Shown one piece after another: positions 12,907 through 23,845 of a stretch of DNA of 64,000 nt. The stretch's first letter is position 1. The number at the start of each line of letters is the position of its first letter. The notes below the pieces were generated by a model that saw only the letters and a list, made by a program, of their open reading frames with translations, ran no database searches and was not told the DNA's origin. Made by a program: the position numbers and the translations under genes. Where the stretch lies: positions 14,942,001 to 15,006,000 of the forward strand of contig OX597835.1 in NCBI GenBank assembly GCA_951406725.2, read 5' to 3'. Source of the DNA: Octopus vulgaris (Eukaryota).

Positions 12907-12939
<33 letters not shown>

Positions 12940-13321
12940 CTAGCAGTATCGCCCGGCGTTGCTCAGGTTTGTAAGGGAAATAACTATAAAGCATTTTTAG
13001 AGAGTTATAGCCAAAAAATATCAAAAAAAATGGAAAAAAATGATGGTAAATTTTTTTGAGAGTTAAAAAAGGTGGAGTTGCGTCCCCTAGACAGTTTGCG
13101 GTTTGTGTTTCTGATTGTCGACCCCATGTCGAATTTATCGATTTTTTTCAGAACTGGGGGAACTTTTCAAAATTTTCGCTGCGTTAGTTTTGAATTATGA
13201 CATTGGGCTATGTGTGTGTCAAGTTTCATCAGAATCGGTTGAAAGCCGTGGTCAGGGTGAGGGTACAAGCAAACAGACACACAGAAACACGCACAGACAA
13301 ACTGCCGTTTATATATAGAGA
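12940..13321 (-). mobile_element. Non-autonomous Helitron, related subfamily, in (TA)n
   Basis: A|TCTCTATATATAAAC start; shares the last ~70 bp and CTAG|T end with the other two, different interior. Confidence 0.8.
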
Positions 13322-13625
13322 TATATATATATATATAATAGGGGATTAGGGGATTTTATTTATCTATTTAACTTTGGTAAGTTATAAGAAATAGATCCTG
13401 ATTTATAAAGAACTGCAGCCAAATAGGGAAAGCGAAGGAATACACCATAGAGGCGTTTATATAGAAAAGAGTCGGAAATAAACAAGTGCGCCAAAGACTT
13501 CAATATATTTGGACATACATGCTTCATACAGTTTGTATATTCTTTATTGATTGCAATCAGATGTTGTGACCATACTGGATCACGATATTTCAACTACACA
13601 CGCGCGCTTTTTTTTTTTATGTGGT

Positions 13626-14010
13626 GGATGGAAGCACTCCGTCGGTTACGACGACGAGGGTTCCAGTTGATCCGATCAACGGAACAGCCTGCTCGTGAAA
13701 TTAACGTGCAAGTGGCTGAGCACTCCACAGACACGTGTACCCTTAATGTAGTTCTCGGGGATATTCAGCGTGACACAGAGTGACAAGGCCGGCCCCTTGA
13801 AATACAGGTACAACAGAAACAGGAAGTAAGAGTGAGAGAAAGTTGTGGTGAAAGAGTACAGCAGGGATCACCACCATCCCCTGCCGGAGCCTCATGGAGC
13901 TTTAGGTGTTTTCGCTCAATAAACACTCACAACGCCCGGTCTGGGAATCGAAACCGCGATCCTACGACCGCGAGTCCGCTGCCCTAACCACTGGGCCATT
14001 GCGCCTCCTG
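13626..14010 (-). mobile_element. SINE family C, full length, 9-bp TSD
   Basis: TTATGTGGT at 13617-13625 and 14011-14019. Confidence 0.92.
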
Positions 14011-14494
14011 TTATGTGGTACGGCTTATAGAAAAGATTTCTGCTTCCTTACCTTTCTGAAATATTTTAATTTACATTCTAGATTTTCTGTTGATAATATT
14101 TTTTCATAATTTTTAATCGATGTTTTAAATTTTTAATGTATGCTGAAGAATGGTATTCTCATTTGAGAATACGATTCTTGCAAAAATATGCTTAATATTT
14201 GAAAACATAAACCTGAGAATATCTTAAAATTAAAGTAAGAATGGTGGAGGAACATAAAAATTCCCCTGGCATTTTTTTTTTTTTTTTTTTTTGCTGAAAT
14301 GTAATTTACGGTGCTTAAAATATACACATCCGAGGAAAGAAAATATAACTTTTGCTGTACCAAATACCTTTTGATTCTGTTTTGAAGGGAGGCCTATATA
14401 ACAGAACAAAATTAAAAGCAGGCGGTCAACAAGTACCCAGTCGATTTATAGCTTATTTGTACTTATACAAAATATGGAAGAGAAAACCAAATAT

Positions 14495-14529
<35 letters not shown>

Positions 14530-14750
14530 CTTTTACTCTTTTACTTGTTTCAGTCATTTGACTGCGGCCATGCTGGAGCACCGCCTTTTAATCGAGCAAC
14601 TCGAACCCGGAACTTATTCTTTTGTAAGCCCAGTACTTATTCTATCGGTCTCTTTTGCCGAACCGCTAAGTGACGGGGACATAAACACACCAGCATCGGT
14701 TGTCAACCAATGCTAGAGGGACAAACACAGACACACACACACACACACGC

Positions 14751-14803
<53 letters not shown>

Positions 14804-14967
14804 TACGACGGGCTTCTTTCAGTTTCCGTCTACTAAATCCACTCACAAGGCTTTAGTCGGCCCGAGGCTATAGTAGAAGACACTTGCCCAAGGTGCCACG
14901 CAGTGGGACTGAACCCGGAACCATGTGGTTGTTAGGACAGGTTACTTCCCACACAGCCACTCCTGCG

Positions 14968-14969
<2 letters not shown>
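14530..14969 (-). mobile_element. SINE family A, full length
   Basis: GGCGCAGGAGTGGCTGTGTGG head (A-box), B-box, CORE-like block, internal TA tract and tail; flanked by (TA)n. Confidence 0.9.
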
Positions 14970-15019
<50 letters not shown>

Positions 15020-15413
15020 GGAAGAGACCGGGAATTGTAGCGATTTGCTGTACTTGGAGACGTGTGAAGCTAGGTAAAATAGCTGTCATCCATACATACA
15101 AGCTTGTTCTTTAGAGGTACCGGAACCATATAAAATGCAGTCGAGTCGGTGCTGCACAAATAGATCTATGCCTTTGGCACGTAAAAAGCAGCCAGCACAC
15201 TGTAAGGTGGCTGATGTTAAGAAGAGAAGAGTATCAAGCAGTAAAATCGATGCAACAACAGACAATAGGAGTTTAGACAGCTCGCCGGCTGACCAGCTCC
15301 TCTCAAACCGTCCAACCGATGGAAAACGAGCGTTAAACAAAGATGACAATGATTATTATATAGACACAGAAGTGAGTGTGTGTGTGTGTAATAAAGTTCG
15401 TTAAGGAACCTAC

Positions 15414-15873
15414 CTTTTGTCCTGTGCTTGTGGTAGACTCCAGCAGCAGTAATTAGTGTATCCGGTAGTAAAAGACAGAGCGCTGCCATGAGGTGTAATG
15501 TTTGGGCAAGAGGACAGAAATGTCGCCAGATTCGGCGTATAAGGGTAAAATGTACTGGCCGAAAAACAGTTTCCATGTTCGAGTTAAGAGCATGATCACG
15601 CCCAAGCTTCACTCCATCGTTGGCATAGTTGCCCGTACGGAAAATACAGGCAAGTATGAAAAGAGGTACACACAGTATTGATACAATGACAAGAACGAGC
15701 TGAGCCGTTAGTTCCGCCGGAGGAATTAGAGAAGCCCGCCATTGTGCTTGTCTTAACACCAGGTAGCGCTGTATTTCACGGTAAGTAATGTAACTCTGAA
15801 AGCCAATCACAACTAAGCAATACCATATTGACCATAAGGAATTTAGAACGGAGCTTTTTACAAATGTTTCCAT
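15414..15873 (-). CDS. tinc: First coding exon of a tincar-like multi-pass transmembrane protein (153 codons + 1 nt; gene continues toward lower coordinates)
   Basis: Non-repetitive ORF METFVKSSVLNSLWSIWYCLVVIGFQSY...ELTAQLVLVIVSILCVPLFILACIFRTGNYANDGVKLG...HLMAALCLLLP with three hydrophobic segments. The motifs LNSLWSIWY, GNxANDGxKL and HLxAAxCLLLP match my recollection of the Drosophila Tincar N-terminus (not BLASTed). In-frame TAA 8 codons upstream of the ATG. Donor AAAG|GTAGGT at 15414/15413, after which the ORF degrades into repeat-derived text. Confidence 0.75.
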
Positions 15874-16052
15874 AGCGACGAAAAGAGAATCTCGTTATGT
15901 GTATCCAAGTGTGTGGGAAGGGTCAGTATATATGTATGTATATATATATATGTATGTATGTGTGTGTGTGTGTGTTTAGTGTCTGTATTTATATAGGAGA
16001 AAATATCATGTATTTAAAACCTAATACTTGTTTTAATATACATGGTATTATT

Positions 16053-16083
<31 letters not shown>

Positions 16084-16378
16084 TATTTTCTGTTAATCTT
16101 GTCTTTTTGTCAAGTTTCAATGTTTCGTTATTGGTGTTTGCGAACGTAAAAATCAGCAGATATTTTAAACAAGAGATTTTAAAATACTCCAGGCGTGTAG
16201 AGGTAATTTAGAGAGGCACACTGTGTAGTATGTCCGGACATATTTTCCAGGAAGTGAGGGTCGATGCAGGAGGAGTTTCGATCTGAAGAGGCGTTTCTTA
16301 GAATTCCAGAAGTCACTTTATTATCCAACGTGGACGGCGATTCTTTGACATTGGTAACAGCCGTCTTCATCTCTAGCA
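15874..16378 (-). other. Probable 5' UTR part of the same exon, starting at a strong splice acceptor; contains a 63-codon uORF (16370->16179)
   Basis: Minus strand reads ATTCTTTTTCTATTTTCTCCAG|TGCTAGAGATG, a polypyrimidine tract plus CAG ending at 16379. I saw no convincing donor between there and the tincar ATG. Confidence 0.4.
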
Positions 16379-17106
16379 CTGGAGAAAATAGAAAAAGAAT
16401 ATTTTTAAATAGAGTGAGTTTTAACAATCTTCACAATACACATCATAAGCAAACTCTGAAAAACCTCATTGAATAGGAAGAAGGAAATGAAACTTGATAA
16501 CATTCATGCATTTATGAAGGACAGATGAAGGAGAAGAACAGTTATTGGAATTCATTCATGGAAGAATGTTGAACGTGTACTGCTTGCTGTGCAGCACTTA
16601 TTTCTAATTTAAGCACAATGCCAGTAATTCTTGAGGAGAAGGAATTTGTCGATACGATCTATATTTTATGGCCCTCGAAACGATGAAAAGCAAAGTTAAT
16701 CTCTGCGAGATTGGAACTCAGAGCACAAAGAATCCCGGAGCAAATACCGCGATGTGTTTTTTTTTTCTTCTGATTATCACTCTGTCGCCTTAAACTCCGT
16801 GTCTAAAAATAACGGTTTTTAATTAAAGCACAAGGCCAGCAATTATAAGGAGGAGGGAATAAACAATATCGAAGCTGGTATCTATTTTATCGACCCCAGA
16901 GGGATGAAATTCTGGCCAACAGTCTTGAGAAGAGGGGCTAGTCAATAATATCGATCTCGGTACTTTACTGGTACTTTATTTTTATTGATTCCAAAGGGAT
17001 GCTAGTCAAAGATTGCCTTCATGGGATTTGAACTCACCGAAAGAAACACCGAAAGCAATTATTACTGACGCTCTAACCATTCTGCCAGATGATGGCGGCA
17101 GCGGCG

Positions 17107-17147
<41 letters not shown>

Positions 17148-17834
17148 TTATTAGCCACAGGGACCGCAAAAACAATAGAAATAATACAAAGGGTACCACA
17201 CGGCACGTTGGGTGGTTTCCATACAAACAGGCAAAAAGAAAATAAAAAAGAACAAGCTATAACAAAAAAAAAAAAATAGCAAAAGAAAATAACGATTTCT
17301 TTTGTTTATCGCAATCGCCCAAAACGCGGATGAGACAATGAGGGAAAACTAGAGAGTGGGTGTTTACATCGAATAAAATTTGGGTGAAACTAACAAAAAC
17401 AATGCATGACTCACTTATTTTGCTGATGAGTTGTTGAAACTTTATTACGTCACTGGTGTCAATGATGTCTTTGTCAATATTGCTATGCGGGCAACTGTTT
17501 TAACAAAATTGTCTTTGTCATACTTAAATACTTTAGCATACGAAGCGGGGTTAATGTTTCAGACCCTTTTCTTTCGTCGGTTCAAGAACTGTTTTGATGA
17601 TAAAACCCAAACATTATTAGAACTGTCATCGTTGTATAAACAACTACAACGCCCCTCGTTACATTCTCGACTTTATGTTATGGAAAGAAGGGGAGAAGAA
17701 TGTGCAGCAAGGAAAGAGAAGGAGAAAGGAAGAAACATAACAACTCCGCCTGTTCTTCATGGGTGTTTCTCGATCTCTGGAAATAGCGATACAAAGGAAC
17801 GCAAACTAATACCACACAACAGATTGCAGTTGTT

Positions 17835-18420
17835 GTTTGTCTTTCACTTGTTGCAATCACTGGACGGCAGCCATGCTGAGACACCGCCTTGAAATGTTTC
17901 ATCGCATCAATTTAACCCAGGACTTATGAGAGTTTAGTACTTAATCTATCGGTCTATTTTGCCGAATCGCTACGCTACAGTGACGTAAACAACCCAATAC
18001 CAAAAACGAGGAATACCGATTAGCAATCGGTAATGGAAGACAAAGACACGCACGTACACAGGCACACACACGCATACATACACGCACATACACACTCATG
18101 CAACGGGGTTTTACAAAGTTACCGTGTAAAAAATTTCAACCACAAAGCTTTCATCGACCCAGGGCTAAAGTAGAAGGCACTTGCTTAAGATGCCGCATAG
18201 TGGGACTGAATCCCGAAACCGATGGTAGGGGAACAAACACAGATACACAAATACATATGTATATGACTGGGTTCTTTCAGTTTCCGTCTACGAAATCCAC
18301 CCACGAGGCTTTGGTCGGACCGAGGCTATAATAGTAGATACCTGCCCAGGGTGCCACGCAGTGGGACTGAACCCGGAACCATGTGGTTGGGAAGCAAGCT
18401 TCTTACCACGCAGTTACGCC
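17835..18420 (-). mobile_element. Older SINE A fragments (two, adjacent or nested)
   Basis: Diverged tail and body at 17835-18220, then a second body plus head ending at 18420. Confidence 0.7.
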
Positions 18421-18432
18421 TATATATATATA

Positions 18433-18822
18433 GGCGCAGGAGTGGCTGTGTGATAAGTAGCTTGCTAACCAACCACATGGTTCCGGGTTCAGTCCCACTG
18501 CGTGGCATCTTGGGCAAGTGTCTTCTGCTATAGCCCCGGATTGTGAGTGGATTTGGTAGACGGAAACTGAAAGAAGCCTGTTATATATATATATATATGT
18601 TTGTGTGTGTGTATGTGTGTGTGTGTTTGTCCCCCTAGCATTGCTTGACAACCGATGCTGGTGTGTTTACGTCCCCGTCACCTAGTTGTTCGGCAAAAAG
18701 AGACCGATAGAATAAGTACTGGGCTTACAAAGAATAAGTCCCGGGGTTGATTTGCTCGACTAAAGGCGGTGCTCCAGCATGGCCGCAGTCAAATGACTGA
18801 AACAAGTAAAGGAGTAAGGAGT
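18433..18822 (+). mobile_element. SINE family A, young, head-to-head with the preceding copy
   Basis: Full head to tail with a small internal deletion; separated from the minus copy by TATATATATATA. Confidence 0.9.
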
Positions 18823-18825
18823 ATA

Positions 18826-18857
<32 letters not shown>

Positions 18858-19507
18858 GTAAATTTTCTCTTTCTGGAAAATCTCTGCACGACTTTCCTAT
18901 TTACATGGCGTTAACGGAACGTAAAGAGAGAGATTTTAAGAGCAAAGGAACTGCATATCACATCTACTCGCTGCATAAGTTATCAAGATAAATTCTTGTA
19001 TAAATTACCCACAATTATGATAGGTCACCGCGTTTCTGTCTAAATTTAACATAAACAGACTTCCCTTGTTCTGTGAAGTCCAATTTGTTCCTCTACAAGA
19101 ACAGAGGATTTCATACTAAGCAGATGATGACTGAAGATGTCTGACACGTTTTTCTCCAGCGCCTCAGTTCTCTCTGTAACTGTAAAAACCGAATAACTTA
19201 TTAGATGTTAAATGAGTTACAAAATACTAAACTGATTTCCTTTTCTTGATTAAATTACTCTTATTTATGTGAATCTAATTGACAAAAAAACAACGAAACC
19301 AAATTAGATCGTTGTTCAACTCTGATGGCATTATTATGTAAACAGCTGACTTCATTAACCTCCAAAAACACTTGTTATTCCACGCTGTTTGTTTTGTGTA
19401 TTGTAAATTAGTTAAATAGTATGTAAATATATTTACTGCTTAAAATACAACCATTTTTCGCTTTTAAATGGATAATAGCAATGATAATGATCATTAATAT
19501 ATTATTA

Positions 19508-19542
<35 letters not shown>

Positions 19543-19544
19543 AC

Positions 19545-20398
19545 GGAAGCGAGCTGGCAGAAACGTTAGCAGACCGGGCGAAATGCTTAGTCTGTCCTTG
19601 TTTGTCTCCTCTATGTTTAGCCCCTTGTGGGCAATAAAGAAATAAGAAACGTTAGCTTGCTGGGCAAAATGCTTAGCAGTATTTCGTCTGCAGTTACGTT
19701 TATGTTCTGAGTTCAAATTCCGCCGAGGTCGACTTTGCCTTTCATCCTTTCGGGGTCGATAAATTAAGTACCAGTTACGCACTGGGGTCGATGTAATCGA
19801 CTTAATACCTATGTCTGTCCTTGTTTGTCCCCTCTGAGTTTAGCCCCTTGTGGGTAATAAAGAAATATGTATTTCGTCTGTCTTTACGTTCTGAGTTCAA
19901 ATTCCGCCGAGGTTGACTTTGCCTTTCATCCTTTCGGGGTCGATAAATTAAGTACCAGTTACGCACTGGGGTCGATATAATCAACTTAATACCTATGTCT
20001 CTCCTTGTTTGTCCCCTCTATGTTTAGCCCCTTGTGGGTAATAAAGAAATATGTATTTCGTCTGTCTTTTCGTTCTGAGTTCAAATTCCGCCGAGGTCGA
20101 CTTTGCCTTTCATCCTTTCGGGGTCGATAAATTAAGTACCAGTTACGCACTGGGGTCGATATAATCAACTTAATACCTATGTCTCTCCTTGTTTGTCCCC
20201 TCTATGTTTAGCCCCATGTGGGTAATAAAGAAATGGGTATTTCGTCTGTCTTTACGTTCTGAGTTCAAATTCCGCCGAGGTCGACTTTGCCTTTCATCCT
20301 TTCGGGGTCGATAAATTAAGTACCAGTTGCGTACTGCAGTTGATCTAATCGACTGCTCCCTCCCCCAAAATTTCGGGCCTTGTACCTAGAGTAGAAAA
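19545..20398 (+). mobile_element. SINE family B tandem array, ~184-bp period
   Basis: One head, a tail-only insert, then four bodies joined at AAAGAAAT(N)GTATTTCGTCTG; the last unit ends in the alternative tail plus (ATT)n. Confidence 0.9.
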
Positions 20399-21068
20399 TA
20401 TTATTATTATTATAAGTGAAATAAAGTATTCGCCGCCGGGAATCGAACTCACGACCTTGAGCCGAACACCCTAACCACTAAGCCACGTTACTTCACGCTT
20501 ATTCCGGAAGGATGAGAGCTAAAGCAGACGTCGGTGAAAATTTGAACGGCGAACGTAAAGGGACGTAACTAAATAACGCAAAGCAATTTCCTCATACATT
20601 GTTATAATTAACTCTACTCACATGTTCCTAATTAATAGAATAACGATTATAACAAAATATTTCTTTGAAAATACTCCCAACAAGGTCACACCTTCGGTCG
20701 ATTAAATCGATGAAATTGACTGAAACGTATCTTATACGCACCGGAAAGATTAAATATAAAATCCATTCCGGCTGGATTTACAACCAGGGAACGTAAAGGG
20801 GGCGTAACTAAATACGGCAGAGCCTTTGGTTCGCCACTCAATTAAACTTAGAACAATTTTGTTCGAAGCTGATTTCAATTAAGGTTATGAAAATATTGAC
20901 ACTAACCTAAAATTACTGATTGATTTTTGTTCATCTAATCCACGAATAGGTTGTACGATAAAGGAAAGCCGTTTCAGTCGTAGTATCTTACATGATATTT
21001 GAAGCCGTTTTACGAGTAATACTCAACGAATTGCTTTTGAAACGACTTCTGAAGAAGGCGACGACATA

Positions 21069-21450
21069 TCTTTATATATAAAAGTGAGGTTGTGTGCTGT
21101 CTGTCTCCTACGATTTAGATTCCTAACTACTCCATTTTGCGGTGCAGTTTAACCAAAACCGGGTATCTTATAGTCGTCATTCATATCGAGCCCTTCTGGG
21201 TATTAGCGCGCGTCTACGATTTAAAAAAAAAATTATCATCAATTTTTCCCATTTTTAATGCATTTTTGGCATATATAAGGGAAGTAACTCTCTAAAAATT
21301 TATTATTAAATCTCAGAACGTAAAAAGTTACAGTAACAACCCCCCTTTGTGGTTAGCCATATTGAGATGGCTATTATACTTTACATCTCTAAAAATGCTT
21401 TTATAGTTATTTCCCTTACAAACCCGAGCAACGCCGGGCGATACTGCTAG
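21069..21450 (+). mobile_element. Non-autonomous Helitron
   Basis: A|TCTTTATATATAAAAG start, subterminal GC-rich imperfect hairpin CCCGAGCAACGCCGGG, CTAG|T end, no TSD. Confidence 0.85.
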
Positions 21451-22092
21451 TCTATATATATTTTACTCAAATTTTAACCTGTTTCTGCGAGCAATCTATT
21501 CAAATTTTAGTCCTATCAGCGACAAATTGTATTGCGTGTCAAATCAGGAACAAATACGTGTGGTAACTACAGACGTGGAATGCAATCTATTTTAGCTATT
21601 CTGCAGCAACTGAAGACCACTTCTATCAAGAAAAGACATTCAAGTCACAGCTTCCATTTTATCATCATTGAATATTCACGCTCTTTAATGCACAGTTCAG
21701 AAAAATAATTGTTAGATCACACGTTTTGACAACGAACAGTCTTAGCTTTTCTAAAACTGTATCGTGCATACACTTGCCTCTTTGCTTATCGCACGTGACT
21801 TAACTCTATGAATACAGTGTTGTTGTTGGCATCAAAGAAGCGGCCCAGATATGTTTTTGCTAGTTTCACTAAGATTACATCGCAGTCCCCCACAAACACG
21901 AAGTAACGAGACGCCGCTGCTAACAATAGGTTGTTTATACATTATGAAAGCATTTAATATGGTAAGTCGCCATTGTACTAAGACCAGAAGTGAAAGCGCG
22001 TAAACCAGTAGTTAAGAGGTCTGGTTCCCGATCATGCTATCGTGAGTTCAGTTCCCAGACTTGGCGGTGTATTATATTCCTGAGCAAGGTAC

Positions 22093-22427
22093 CTCCTTAT
22101 GAGAGCTCAAAATCTCTCGTGGAAGCGCCATCCAACCAAAATGCAAATATATGGGAAACTACCACCTGTGTCATCTCTTGTGAAAGGTAGGAGAGTCCAG
22201 TTTGCTGGACATTGTTGTAGAGCTGAAAAAGAAGTAATTTCTACTCTTCTCCTCTGGAAGCCATCTGCTCGCAATACCAGAGGGCGCACACTCTCCTACC
22301 CTGATGTAATCTCCAGGGATACAGGCATCCAGCAACAGGACCTCCGTAATGCTATGATGGACCCTGAAGTCTGGCGTAACATAGTAAATTCCATTGTCTC
22401 GACCACGGTCGAACAATGATGATGATG
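22093..22427 (+). mobile_element. 5'-truncated RTE-group LINE, ORF C-terminus plus (GAT)n tail
   Basis: Open frame ...LMRAQNLSWKRHPTKMQIYGKLPPVSSLVKGRRVQFAGHCCR...LLLWKP...AMMDPEVWR, typical of an RTE-type C-terminus. Stop followed directly by (GAT)n; AAGGTAC duplicated at 22086-22092 and 22428-22434. Confidence 0.8.
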
Positions 22428-22632
22428 AAGGTACTTCATTTATGCTGTAAGTGTAAAGGCGCGTGACCTGGTAGCTATATTTTTCGGCTCACAATTATAA
22501 TGTCTTGGGTTCAGTTCTTGACTAGGCGATATATTGAGTGCTACACCAAAACAATTTATGCTGTAAGAGTAAAGGCGCGTGACTTGGAAGGCCATATTTT
22601 TCGTCTTACGATTATAATGTTGTGTGTTCGAT

Positions 22633-23052
22633 TTCTTATTTCTTTCTTGCCCACAAGGGGCTAAACATAGAGAGGACAAACAAGGACAGACAAAGGGATT
22701 AAGTCGATTACATCGACCCCAGTGTGCGACTGGTACTTAATTTATTGACCCCGAAAGGATGAAAGGCAAAGTCGACCTCGGCGGAATTTGAACTCAGAAT
22801 GTAACGGCCAGCAAAATACCTATTTCTTTACTACCCACAAGGGGCTAAACATAGAGGGGACAAACAAGGACAGACAAAGGGATTAAGTCGATTACATCGA
22901 CCCCAGTGCGCGACTGGTACTTAATTTATCGACCCCGAAAGGATGAAAAGCAAAGTCGACCTCGGCGGAATTTGAACTCAGAACGTAACGGCAGACGAAA
23001 TATCGCTAAGCATTTTGCCTGGCGTGTTAACGTTTCTGCCAGATCACCGCCT
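22633..23052 (-). mobile_element. SINE family B dimer inserted in the B-box of another tRNA-derived SINE
   Basis: Two units with the same junction; flanked by imperfect duplication GTGTGTTCGATTTC / GTGCGTTCGATTCC. Confidence 0.85.
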
Positions 23053-23645
23053 TCGTGCGTTCGATTCCTAGTTCGGCGAAGTGCTTTGTGCCTTTGTGCA
23101 GGGCGCTTCATATCACATTGTTCCATTCTGCTGAATCGAAAAGAAGTACCCAGCTGCCATGCCCTAAAATTGCCGCTGGCTTCAAAGAGTGCGAGAATCA
23201 AGGAGAATCTACTATATAGTCGCGAAGATATAATTCAAATTACCAAGCCATACGCATTCGCGGGTGACGGCCATCTCTTGAAAAATACGCATACTGAAAT
23301 GTCGTGTGTTCGATTTCTTATTTCTTTATTGCCCACAAGGGGCTAAACATAGAGGGGACAAACATAGAGATTCTCGCACTCTTTGAGCCAGCGGCAATTT
23401 TAGGGCATGGCAGCTGGGTACTTCTTTTCGATTCAGCAGACTGGAACAATGTGTTATGAAGCGCCCTGCACAGTGGCACAAAGCACTTCCCGAACTAGGA
23501 ATCGAACGCACGAAGGCGGTGATCTGGCAGAAACGTTAACACGCCAGGCAAAATGCTTAGCGATATTTCGTCTGCCGTTACGTTCTGAGTTCAAATTCCG
23601 CCGAGGTCGACTTTGCCTTTCATCCTTTCGGGGTCGATAAATTAA
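22921..23645. repeat. Inverted repeat, ~278-bp arms (22921-23199 / 23369-23645), ~170-bp spacer
   Basis: Direct reverse-complement comparison, including non-SINE-B flank; few mismatches. Confidence 0.92.
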
Positions 23646-23845
23646 AATACGCTTTGTTACTGATTTGAGATGATGAGGAGAATTAATTCTGTGCTTGTTG
23701 TCGGGGTTCAATTTGAACCGGAAACAGTCAGATGGCGTTTAATTATAAACTCATGTTCTCTGTTTTTATCAAATCCGGTTTAGTTCCACAAACGCTTTTG
23801 CTCTTTTCCATTTCAATGGGTTTATATACTTTTATATGAGTAATA

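Noticed and set aside
15217-15413. C-terminal third of the 218-aa ORF
   Set aside because: Lies past a consensus donor and runs through (CA)n; interpreted as intron read-through.
1-15413. Search for the next tincar-like coding exon on the minus strand
   Set aside because: No convincing candidate by eye; it probably lies left of the window, though a short exon could have been missed.
17418-17460. CTGATGA-GTTGTT-GAAAC...GTC hammerhead-like core
   Set aside because: No stem I pairing between the flanks and a negligible stem III; likely chance.
17431-17892. 153-aa plus-strand ORF
   Set aside because: Non-ATG start, ends in a SINE A tail, no recognisable domain.
21035-21062. GAAA...CTGAAGA and other CTGANGA hits (9816, 16283, 19131, 42275, 61116)
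   Set aside because: Missing GAAA at the right spacing or no supporting stems.
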